The notes: generated by a model not told the origin, from the letters alone. DNA of 25,691 nt from an uncultured Pseudomonadota bacterium (GCA_945483255.1 CALYRP010000001.1:1-25691); one strand, 5' to 3'. Counted from the first letter of the stretch, positions 1 to 7,726 are shown. Numbers and translations are program-made.

Positions 1-2242
1 AACGGAAACCTGTGACATCTTTACCATCCATACAATCTTTAACGATTTTATTCTGTTTCATGGTTTCAATTTTTGTTTGTAACAAATTATTTAAACCGCT
101 GATAATTGCTGTTATTTGTGGGTTACTTGGCATCGCATAATCACCCCCAAGCTCACTATTGTAATAAAAACCATATGTTGCGGCGGCTGCATTTGATTTT
201 TTGCCATTTTCATCTAATTTTGTATATTCGATACCGTTTACATTAAAACGATTACGTATATGTGGCGTAACACGTCCCATAACAATATCTTTTTGTGTAA
301 ATTCATTTGCAGAATTATGGCAATCTTCATCAGAATCTGACGTACATAATTTAACAGTCAACAAACCATCAAATGAAATATTACCCAAATCCAATGATTC
401 ACAATCTTCGGCACCGCCACAAACGGAAATCATTGCTTCTTTGGCTGCATTTTCACAACGCGCATATAACGCATCATTGATTTGTAATGCATAACCCTGG
501 GCTATATCGTATATGTATTTATAAATTTTATCTTGGTCGTTTTTGTTTTCTTCTTTACATGCCGTCAATGTGTCGGTTGGCAACAAATCCGCAATTGAAC
601 CCGGATTCAATCCAACACAGTACGAAAAATCTTCGCCACAGATTGCTTCGATACCCGCCTTGACTTCTTTTGTACATGCATCAACACGCAATGCTGCCAA
701 CATTGATTCAACCCCCATCCACAAACGTGATTGTTTCAAAGTTGTTCTATTTTGCGTATCTGATACAGATCCACCCGTTGCAACAATGCAAGATTCTACA
801 CGAATTTTGCATGAATCATACAACAACATTGGGTCGGACAAACACATATCATAATTTTTTGCGTCTGATTCTGGATTCCATTGTTGTGCACATGAATTGT
901 GGAAACAGTCTGCAACATTTTTAATACAGTTCTGACGAGCATCATCTTCGGCATTTAATTCCGCAGATTTTAATGCTGTCGCTGCACCTTCGATATATTT
1001 ATCCCAAACCTGGGCACGATAGTTTTCGCAATGAACCAAAACTTCGTCATCACAGATTGTTTTCTTGGACAACAATTGATTCATTGTTGAACCAGACAAA
1101 ACGATATCAACAACACCTTTGATTGTTCTGTCTTTGACTTTACCCGCGCCACCCATCATGTTTTCCTGGGCTGACAAAGTTATACATTTTGAATAATCAT
1201 CACCGCATTCATTTTGCATACAACGTGCATATTCTTGAACACATCCACCAAGATTATATTTATTCTTGTCTTTGAATTCATCCAATGCCGCATCACGCAA
1301 AGCTTTTTCTGCGGCTTGTAATTTTTGTGTGCTGGCAATTTTTTGCTGTTTCAAACTGTTTTCAAATGCCATACAGTCTGATTTAATCTTTTGTGCATAA
1401 ACATTTTGCAACATTTTAACCGATGCATTACATTTTGCCGGCATTTGTGCAATACACATTTTTGCAGCATCTGTATATAACGCATCACCTGTTTTGCTTA
1501 ATGCGTTTGAAACCGCAGACGCATCAACACTTATATCAACATTATCAAAGATATCTTCATCTTCGCTGAAAATATTGTTATTCCACGCAGACAAATCCAA
1601 TGTGCGTACTTTCTTTTGATTTTCTTGTTTCTTTTCTTCAACCGTTACTTTGTCCGCAGCCGCCTTGGCACGTGCAATAATTTGATCTGCACTTTCACCC
1701 ATTTGGATACGTTCAACACCTTCGGTTGCCATCAAATAACTTTGTTCGTCTAATTTTGCGATATCGTCCATAACAGATGTTAATTCAGTATTTCTGTTGC
1801 TGCATTGACAACGTCCACCTGACGCATTATCAATCATACAGAACGAATCCATACATCCGTAAAACGCATCCTGACATTCTTGGTCAATCACTGTATTAGA
1901 CGCCGCAGATGCAACCTTGGTTCCATTGTTAATAACCTTTTGTGTTGCACCAGCACGTGCCGCCATTGGTTTTGGTGCAGATGCATTATTTGATACAACC
2001 GTTTGTTTTTTCCCGGCACGCGCGGCAACATTACCAGATGTCGCATTTGATGTTTGGACATTATTCGCAACCTTTTGACGCGATGCCGCACGCGCTGCAA
2101 CCGGCGCAGATTGTGTCGTTACCGCTGCATTATTTGCCGCCGCCGTTCCACGTGCATTACCACGTGTTGCAGGCGCTGCAAAAGCCCCAAAATCAGCCAT
2201 ACACAGCGACAAAACCAAAGTCAAAAACATACGATTACGCAT
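1..2242 (-). CDS. Large secreted Cys-rich hypothetical protein, at least 747 aa, runs off the window's left edge (absent from the ORF track)
   Basis: ATG at 2242 follows SD TAAGGAG. I read the frame from 2242 to 2 by hand and found no stop. It starts MRNRMFLTLVLSLCMADFGAFAA (signal-peptide-like), then an Ala/Arg-rich linker, then motifs such as CQDAFYGCMDSFCMIDNASGGRCQCS. Confidence 0.9.
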   Translation of the reverse strand, partial: MRNRMFLTLVLSLCMADFGAFAAPATRGNARGTAAANNAAVTTQSAPVAARAASRQKVANNVQTSNATSGNVAARAGKKQTVVSNNASAPKPMAARAGATQKVINNGTKVASAASNTVIDQECQDAFYGCMDSFCMIDNASGGRCQCSNRNTELTSVMDDIAKLDEQSYLMATEGVERIQMGESADQIIARAKAAADKVTVEEKKQENQKKVRTLDLSAWNNNIFSEDEDIFDNVDISVDASAVSNALSKTGDALYTDAAKMCIAQMPAKCNASVKMLQNVYAQKIKSDCMAFENSLKQQKIASTQKLQAAEKALRDAALDEFKDKNKYNLGGCVQEYARCMQNECGDDYSKCITLSAQENMMGGAGKVKDRTIKGVVDIVLSGSTMNQLLSKKTICDDEVLVHCENYRAQVWDKYIEGAATALKSAELNAEDDARQNCIKNVADCFHNSCAQQWNPESDAKNYDMCLSDPMLLYDSCKIRVESCIVATGGSVSDTQNRTTLKQSRLWMGVESMLAALRVDACTKEVKAGIEAICGEDFSYCVGLNPGSIADLLPTDTLTACKEENKNDQDKIYKYIYDIAQGYALQINDALYARCENAAKEAMISVCGGAEDCESLDLGNISFDGLLTVKLCTSDSDEDCHNSANEFTQKDIVMGRVTPHIRNRFNVNGIEYTKLDENGKKSNAAAATYGFYYNSELGGDYAMPSNPQITAIISGLNNLLQTKIETMKQNKIVKDCMDGKDVTGFR

Positions 2243-2268
2243 AAAAATCTCCTTATACCTTTTGTGTA

Positions 2269-2297
2269 ATTTTATCATAAATAGAAAATTCGCGCAA
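2269..2297 (-). promoter_or_regulatory. Candidate sigma70 promoter of the large secreted gene
   Basis: TTGCGC (2297-2292), 17-nt spacer, TAAAAT (2274-2269), with TG at the extended -10 position. Confidence 0.6.
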
Positions 2298-2382
2298 ATA
2301 AATATTGTGCAAAAAAGAAAAAAATTTATGGATTCAATCGGCTTCGCCTGACAGGCAATCTGTTATTGAATTTGTTTATAGC

Positions 2383-2693
2383 TTCCCACGCTCGCGGGCT
2401 CGCTCGGAATGACATTGGTATTTTGAAATACTTGGACTCACAATTCATCCAAAGTTCACTGTCATTGCGAGGGAGTGTCAACGACCGTGGCAATCCATAA
2501 CAGATTATCGTCACAGTAGATTCCCACGCTCGCGGGCTCGCCCGGAATGACATTGTTTTTTTGAAATACTTGGACTTACAATTCATCCAAAGTTCACTGT
2601 CATTGCGAGGGAGTGTCAACGACCGTGGCAATCCATAACAGATTATCGTCACAGTAGATTCCCACGCTCGCGGGCTCGCCCGGAATGACATTG
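2383..2693. repeat. 138-bp tandem repeat (~2.25 copies) made of inverted pairs of REP-like GTCATT...AATC palindromes
   Basis: Units start at 2383, 2521 and 2659. Copies 1 and 2 differ at 4 of 138 nt. Each unit has GTCATTGCGAG...GCAATCC and, on the opposite strand, GTCATTCCG...GGAATC. Confidence 0.92.
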
Positions 2694-2722
2694 GTTGATG
2701 ACTATCTATGATTCCAGGAAAC

Positions 2723-2750
2723 AAAAAACCGCCCGAACGGACGGTTTTTT
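2723..2750 (-). terminator. Intrinsic terminator after rplQ (possibly bidirectional)
   Basis: Minus-strand RNA ACCGUCC-GUUC-GGGCGGU followed by a U-tract. The G.U pair forms only on the minus strand; there is an A-tract on the other side. Confidence 0.85.
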
Positions 2751-2770
2751 TATTCAGGTTTTTATAAAAA

Positions 2771-3334
2771 TTATTTACCTGTGGCGCGACGTTTAACAGC
2801 AACCGCTTTTTTTGCACCAGTTGCCTTTGGCGCCGCAGCTTTCTTTTCAGCGGCAACTTTCTTTATTGCTTTTGGTGCTTTTGCTGGTTTTGCATCTTCT
2901 GTTGCTTCTTTTGCGACAGGTTCTGCGTTTTCTGCTGCAACTGTTTTTGGTGCAACTTTCTTTGCATTTTCGTCACGATCGACCAATTCGATAATCGCCA
3001 TAGGCGCTGCATCACCATAACGGAATCCAGCTTTCAAAACGCGAGTATAACCACCAGGACGTTTTGCATAACGTGGACCCAATACAGCAAACAATTTTTT
3101 AACTGCTTTGTCAGAATTGTTACCCAATTCAGATGCAGTCAAACGACGATTAGCAACAGTGTCAACTTTTGCGCGGGTAATCAATTTTTCGACCACGCTG
3201 CGCAAATCTTTTGCCTTTGGCAATGTTGTTTTAATTTGTTCTTTTTCAATCAAATTTTTCGCCAAACCAATAAACAAGGCTTTGCGAGCATTTGTGTCGC
3301 GATTGAAAGTACGACCTGCTTTCATATGTCTCAT
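2771..3334 (-). CDS. rplQ: 50S ribosomal protein L17 with Ala/Lys-rich C-terminal extension
   Basis: MRH...IKTTLPKAK...[27 protein letters not shown]; SD GGAG. Confidence 0.98.
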   Translation of the reverse strand: MRHMKAGRTFNRDTNARKALFIGLAKNLIEKEQIKTTLPKAKDLRSVVEKLITRAKVDTVANRRLTASELGNNSDKAVKKLFAVLGPRYAKRPGGYTRVLKAGFRYGDAAPMAIIELVDRDENAKKVAPKTVAAENAEPVAKEATEDAKPAKAPKAIKKVAAEKKAAAPKATGAKKAVAVKRRATGK

Positions 3335-3430
3335 TGATTACTCCTTTTGTTTCTGCCCCGGATACCCGGGGATTTATCGAGACACCACAACCAAAAATTT
3401 CTTTCTGTGATGTGGAATTTTGTTTTCCTT

Positions 3431-3458
3431 ATTGTACCCTATTCCTTGCAGTGTGCAA
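3431..3458 (-). promoter_or_regulatory. Candidate internal promoter for rplQ
   Basis: TTGCAC (3458-3453), 16-nt spacer, TACAAT (3436-3431) in the 227-nt rpoA-rplQ gap. Confidence 0.5.
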
Positions 3459-3487
3459 GAAAATTGTCAGAATGTGTCCAGTTGGCA

Positions 3488-3537
3488 GTGTTTGGTGGTT
3501 CGCGGTATAGTTGACCTATATAAGAACCGCCAAACAC
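3488..3537. other. Long stem-loop just 3' of rpoA, without a U-tract
   Basis: GTGTTTGGTGGTTC (3488-3501) is inverted with GAACCGCCAAACAC (3524-3537), with an inner TATAG/CTATA stem. Confidence 0.7.
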
Positions 3538-3561
3538 AACAAATGGAACATTATCACAATT

Positions 3562-4590
3562 TTATTTATAAGGGTCTTCGTATTTTTTTGCCAATTCAGC
3601 AATATTTTCAGGTGGCCATCCTGGAACTTCCATGCCCAGTGACAATCCCATTGCTTCCAATTGGACTTTGATTTCGTTCAAAGATTTGCGACCGAAATTA
3701 GGTGTTTTCAACATGTCATTTTCAGTCTTTTGAACCAATTCGCCCAACCAATTAATCTTGTCGTTTTTCAAGCAATTTGTTGCACGAACAGACAATTCCA
3801 ATTCATCAACATGTTTCAACAATTTTGCATCGAATGGCAAAACATCTTTTGCTTTTTCTTCATCAGATGCAGCATTGATTTGTGTTGGATCTTCGAAATT
3901 GATAAATACTGTCAATTGATCTGTCAAAATACGCGCAGCAAATGCAATTGCATCTTCTGGTGTGACAGAACCATTTGTTTTAACTGTTAATTCCAATTTA
4001 TCGTAATCTGTTGATTGACCGACACGTGTTTGGGATACCGCAGATGCCACATTCAAAATTGGTGAATAAATGGAATCCACAGGAATTGTTCCCAATGGCA
4101 AATCAGCAGCATTAACAGATGCAGGAACATAACCACGGCCTGATGCCAATGTGATTTCCATATCCAACGATGCACCATTGTCCAATGTGCAGATTTCTGC
4201 ATCTTTGTTCATAACTTCGACGCTGGAACTTGTTTCAATCATACCAGCAGTAACTACGGCTGGGCCTTTGACCTTGATTGCAGCTTTGTGTTGACCTTCG
4301 CTGTTGGCTTTGAAATAAACACCCTTTAAATTCAAAAGGATATCTGTAACATCTTCGCGAACGCCGGAAATGCTGCTGAATTCGTGTTGAACGCCATCAA
4401 TTTTAACATAAATTGGTGCGCATCCTTGCAACGAAGACAACAATACACGACGCAAAGCGGTGCCAAGTGTTAAACCAAAACCTTTTTCCAAAGGTTCAGC
4501 AATCAATGTTGCGATATTAGGATTTTTTTCATCGACTTTGATATTCAATTTTTTTGGCTTTATCAAAGTCATCCAGTTTTTTTCAATCAT
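3562..4590 (-). CDS. rpoA: RNA polymerase subunit alpha
   Basis: [31 protein letters not shown] and [12 protein letters not shown] motifs. Start placed at MIEKNW (4590), behind SD GGAG, rather than 4602. Confidence 0.98.
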   Translation of the reverse strand: MIEKNWMTLIKPKKLNIKVDEKNPNIATLIAEPLEKGFGLTLGTALRRVLLSSLQGCAPIYVKIDGVQHEFSSISGVREDVTDILLNLKGVYFKANSEGQHKAAIKVKGPAVVTAGMIETSSSVEVMNKDAEICTLDNGASLDMEITLASGRGYVPASVNAADLPLGTIPVDSIYSPILNVASAVSQTRVGQSTDYDKLELTVKTNGSVTPEDAIAFAARILTDQLTVFINFEDPTQINAASDEEKAKDVLPFDAKLLKHVDELELSVRATNCLKNDKINWLGELVQKTENDMLKTPNFGRKSLNEIKVQLEAMGLSLGMEVPGWPPENIAELAKKYEDPYK

Positions 4591-4658
4591 TTTATACTCC
4601 ATCAGGCTTAGTTTATTATTTTCACCAGATTTACACGATTTTTCAATTGTGCCCGCGA

Positions 4659-4687
4659 ATTTTATATCAAAAAATATCGAAAGTCAA
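4659..4687 (-). promoter_or_regulatory. Candidate dedicated sigma70 promoter for rpoA
   Basis: TTGACT (4687-4682), 17-nt spacer, TAAAAT (4664-4659), then a GC-rich discriminator TCGCGG. It begins 4 nt after the stop of the Cys-rich gene. Confidence 0.75.
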
Positions 4688-4691
4688 TTAA

Positions 4692-6608
4692 TTATTGGTC
4701 TTGTTTGATGTTTACATAATCCCTAAAATATTTTACCACATTAAATCCCGGCAAATCAAAAGAAGTACAATAGCGACCGCTATCTTCGCAACCATCTTTC
4801 TTTTTACAACTTGTGTTGTAACATAATCTTGCTGGGAACAATTGACATGCCAATGGTGATGTACAACCTTTCCATTTATTGCCAATTTGATCCGAACAAA
4901 CCGTTGTACCAGATTCATCTTTTTCTGCAATTGTGGCGGTACCTATTGGACATGTGGTACATTGCGAAGAACCTACAAGCGAATAAGTATCTTCATTGCA
5001 AAGCTGTTTATTCTTACATAACATATTTTCTGTATCACAATAATATCCAGCTGGACACTGGGTACATGCGTCATCTTCAACACACGATCCCTTTGGGCAC
5101 GCTCCACATTTGTTGGTATTTTGGTTTGGGTATTCGCCCGCAGGACACATTTCACACCAATCTTCGCCTTTGCTGAAATCTGCATCTGATTTTATAATAG
5201 ATCTTTCACCGCCTTTGATGTTTTGCGATTCCAACACATATGTTTTTTTCGCAGCATCATATTTATATATAACTTTTGTACTGCTGTCGCACACAGATTT
5301 GTCTGTATTTAATTTTATCTGGCAACTGGTTATACCTGTTTGATTATCATCGCCAGAGAACACATACATTTTTCCACTTCCAATATATTCAGGAGCATCA
5401 CAACTTGCACATTTTTTTTCGGTTGGATCTATGTATCGACCGTTGATGCCCTTACAAATTTCTTCGGCAGATTGGTTTTCGTTTGTTGCACCGGTTCTAC
5501 TGAGTGTGCATTCGCTTGCACCCCCGGCTGCATAATACCCAGACTCACATTTGTTCTTTATACCTTTTACGCAATAATAACCTTCTGGACAGCTTACACA
5601 TTTTATATTCCCTTTTTCTGTCCCGGTTGCATCTGCAGCAAAATAACCAGCATCACACTCGGCGCAACCGATATTTAAACCATTCTTTGTTATAACCGCT
5701 TTGCCATCGCCAGTGCATTGTGTACAAGATGTATTTCCTTCTCCGCTGGCGTAAAAGCCAGAATTACACTTGTCGCAAGATGCCGTTCCTGGGTTTAATG
5801 CAGACGTCCCGGCTGGACATGATGAACAAGACGCGGCACCTGCCGATGAATATTTCCCGGCAGGACATGATGAACAAGATGTATTACCTGTTCCACTGGC
5901 ATATGTACCAGCAGAACATGTTTTACAAGACGAACTACCTGTGCTACTGGCATATCTACCCGCTGGGCATGATGAACAAGATGTATTACCTGTTCCACTG
6001 GCATATGTACCAGCAGAACATGTTTTACAAGACGAACTACCTGTGCTACTGGCATATCTACCCGCTGGGCATGCTGTACAAGACGCGGCACCTGCCGATG
6101 AATATTTCCCAGCTGGACATGGTTTTTTCCCCCCACCTGAATTATAATACACTGGATTTGTATTTCCACCGGGACAATAATACCCAGCTGGACAATCATA
6201 ATCTGTATAAGATTTTGTACTATTTGAAACCCTATATTTTTTTCCAGGAACAAATCCATAACACTTTGTAATACTTGATGTACCAGTCGCAGAAAACTGA
6301 AAGCCAGAAGGGCAACGAAATGCATATGAACATATTTCTTCCCCGCCCTTTTGTTCGGGGCTGGATCCGCCTTCAGTTGAAGCACAATGATTTTGCAATG
6401 CCTTTGTAGTCCATGCACAATTATGATTTCCTGATGCGCCGGGGCAATAACATCCAGGCGCACAATCATATGCAATTGTATTAGAACACATATCGCCCGC
6501 ATCAATTCCAGAAACACAACTGTAACCCAAAACATCAGTTGCACTGCCAACAAAGGTCAACACCAATAACAATTTTAATAAACAAAAAAATCTTTTCTTT
6601 CCATCCAT
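4692..6608 (-). CDS. Secreted cysteine-rich repeat protein (~638 aa, ~60 Cys; GCC2/GCC3 or ephrin-receptor-like CxxCxxGxY repeats)
   Basis: Long clean ORF with basic N-terminus and hydrophobic signal (KKRFFCLLKLLLVLTFVGSA) and many CPAGxY...CxxC units. Preferred start is 6608 because the 6620 ATG lies inside the -10 box. Confidence 0.9.
   Translation of the reverse strand: MDGKKRFFCLLKLLLVLTFVGSATDVLGYSCVSGIDAGDMCSNTIAYDCAPGCYCPGASGNHNCAWTTKALQNHCASTEGGSSPEQKGGEEICSYAFRCPSGFQFSATGTSSITKCYGFVPGKKYRVSNSTKSYTDYDCPAGYYCPGGNTNPVYYNSGGGKKPCPAGKYSSAGAASCTACPAGRYASSTGSSSCKTCSAGTYASGTGNTSCSSCPAGRYASSTGSSSCKTCSAGTYASGTGNTSCSSCPAGKYSSAGAASCSSCPAGTSALNPGTASCDKCNSGFYASGEGNTSCTQCTGDGKAVITKNGLNIGCAECDAGYFAADATGTEKGNIKCVSCPEGYYCVKGIKNKCESGYYAAGGASECTLSRTGATNENQSAEEICKGINGRYIDPTEKKCASCDAPEYIGSGKMYVFSGDDNQTGITSCQIKLNTDKSVCDSSTKVIYKYDAAKKTYVLESQNIKGGERSIIKSDADFSKGEDWCEMCPAGEYPNQNTNKCGACPKGSCVEDDACTQCPAGYYCDTENMLCKNKQLCNEDTYSLVGSSQCTTCPIGTATIAEKDESGTTVCSDQIGNKWKGCTSPLACQLFPARLCYNTSCKKKDGCEDSGRYCTSFDLPGFNVVKYFRDYVNIKQDQ
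5866..6073 (-). repeat. Exact 102-bp in-frame tandem duplication inside the Cys-rich gene
   Basis: The copies starting at 5866 and 5968 are identical. An identical 33-nt block also occurs at 5826-5858 and 6078-6110. Confidence 0.95.
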
Positions 6609-6615
6609 GTTTGGG

Positions 6616-6645
6616 ATCATAGCAAATTGTGTTTTTATTTGTAAA
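6616..6645 (-). promoter_or_regulatory. Candidate extended -10 promoter for the Cys-rich gene (probably leaderless)
   Basis: TTTACA (6645-6640), 18-nt spacer, TATGAT (6621-6616) with extended TG; the ATG at 6608 is 7 nt after the -10 box and has no SD. Confidence 0.55.
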
Positions 6646-6690
6646 GCCCTATTTTTGTTTTTTATGGTTTTACCAATTATTCCTGGTTAA

Positions 6691-6861
6691 TTCCGCCCCC
6701 GTGGGGAGGGGGACCACGAAGTGGTGGCGGGGGTATTCCGGTTTATCCATTCATGCGAACGGATGGGATTAACCCCCTCCCGGCATTGCCGGCACTCCCC
6801 CATGCTGGGGGAGAACACCCCCTCCTGGCTTCGCCGGCACTCCCCCATTCTGGTGGAGAAC
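6691..6861. repeat. Cluster of three GC-rich REP-like palindromic elements (ACCCCCnCC-hairpin-CTCCCC..GGGG.G type)
   Basis: Direct 45-bp copies at 6772 and 6817 are 40/45 identical. A diverged inverted copy lies at 6691-6734. Each has two small hairpins. Confidence 0.85.
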
Positions 6862-6887
6862 AAAAAACCGTCCAAAAATGGACGGTT
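6862..6887 (-). terminator. Intrinsic terminator after rpsK
   Basis: AACCGUCCA-UUUU-UGGACGGUU followed by UUUU on the minus strand, 20 nt after the rpsK stop. Confidence 0.85.
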
Positions 6888-6907
6888 AAATCGCAATCAT
6901 GCAAATA

Positions 6908-7291
6908 TTAGACACGACGGACTTTCTTTGGACGGCACCCATTGTGTGGAATACGGGTCGTATCTGTGATTGATTGAACAATCAATCCTGCATTTGCCAA
7001 TCCACGTACGGCCGATTCACGACCTTGACCAATACCACGCATCAAAACATCAACTGTTTTCATTCCCATTTCAGCAACTTTTTTGCCAACTGCATCTGCA
7101 ACAACTGTTGCGGCATATGGTGTTGATTTTTTTGCACCTTTGAAATTATTAGCACCCGCAGTTGCCCATGTCAATACGGCACCTGTTTGGTCTGTGATTG
7201 TTATACGTGTATTATTGTTTGTTGCAACCACATGTGCAATTCCATGTGATACTTTTTTTACAACTTTCTTTTTTGATTTTGTAACTGCCAT
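6908..7291 (-). CDS. rpsK: 30S ribosomal protein S11
   Basis: NNTRITITD, GAKKSTPYAA and DTTRIPHNGCRPKKVRRV motifs. Start MAVTK at 7291 with SD AAGGA. Confidence 0.98.
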   Translation of the reverse strand: MAVTKSKKKVVKKVSHGIAHVVATNNNTRITITDQTGAVLTWATAGANNFKGAKKSTPYAATVVADAVGKKVAEMGMKTVDVLMRGIGQGRESAVRGLANAGLIVQSITDTTRIPHNGCRPKKVRRV

Positions 7292-7348
7292 TTTTTTTCC
7301 TTTAGATGTCTTCAATTAACTATCGTGTTAATCTCTACCCAATTTTGA

Positions 7349-7726
7349 TTATTTACCCTTGGTCGCAGAACCAGCAACAACAACGCGTTTTCCTTTGCGG
7401 GTACGTGCGTTTGTTTGTGTGCGTTGACCACGAACTGGTAAACGGTTACGATGACGAATTCCGCGATATGTTTTTAAATCTTGCAAACGTTTAATATTCA
7501 TTGCAACTTCGCGACGAACGTCACCTTCTACTTTAAAGTTTTGTTCAATGTAATTTGAAATTTTGATAACATCTTCGTCAGTCAAATCTTTTGCGCGCAG
7601 ACCGTCTTTCAATTTCAATGCAGAACAAATCTGTGCAGATTTAGCCGGCCCAATACCATGAATGTATTGCAACGCAATTTCAATGCGTTTTTCGGACGGG
7701 ATGTTAACACCTGCTATACGTGCCAT
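7349..7726 (-). CDS. rpsM: 30S ribosomal protein S13
   Basis: [10 protein letters not shown]...[26 protein letters not shown]. Confidence 0.99.
   Translation of the reverse strand: MARIAGVNIPSEKRIEIALQYIHGIGPAKSAQICSALKLKDGLRAKDLTDEDVIKISNYIEQNFKVEGDVRREVAMNIKRLQDLKTYRGIRHRNRLPVRGQRTQTNARTRKGKRVVVAGSATKGK

Noticed and set aside
2329-2360. Short GGATT...GCAATC segment resembling a decayed REP
   Set aside because: Single, short and poorly paired; I cannot support it as a family member.
2383-2693. CRISPR array
   Set aside because: The sequences between palindromes are near-identical rather than unique spacers, the period is 138 bp and there are no cas genes in the window.
2326-2856. 176-aa ORF with repeated MSFRASPRAWES units
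   Set aside because: It is a translation of the 138-bp repeat, overlaps rplQ out of frame, crosses a terminator and has no SD.
5720-6553. Overlapping ORFs 5795-6553(-), 5720-6271(+) and 5770-6147(+)
   Set aside because: Shadow frames kept open by the in-frame repeats; no SD and no protein-like features.
4692-6887. The Cys-rich gene as an IS, integron cassette or prophage cargo
   Set aside because: No transposase or integrase, no terminal inverted repeats, attC-like site or target-site duplication found, and codon usage is not obviously foreign by eye.
2723-6887. GGACGGTT as a DNA-uptake sequence
   Set aside because: Seen only in the two terminators, with partial matches in coding regions; too few to support without genome-wide counts.
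6687-6969. Small ORFs 6687-6896(-) and 6721-6969(+)
   Set aside because: Translations of GC-rich palindromes and the terminator.
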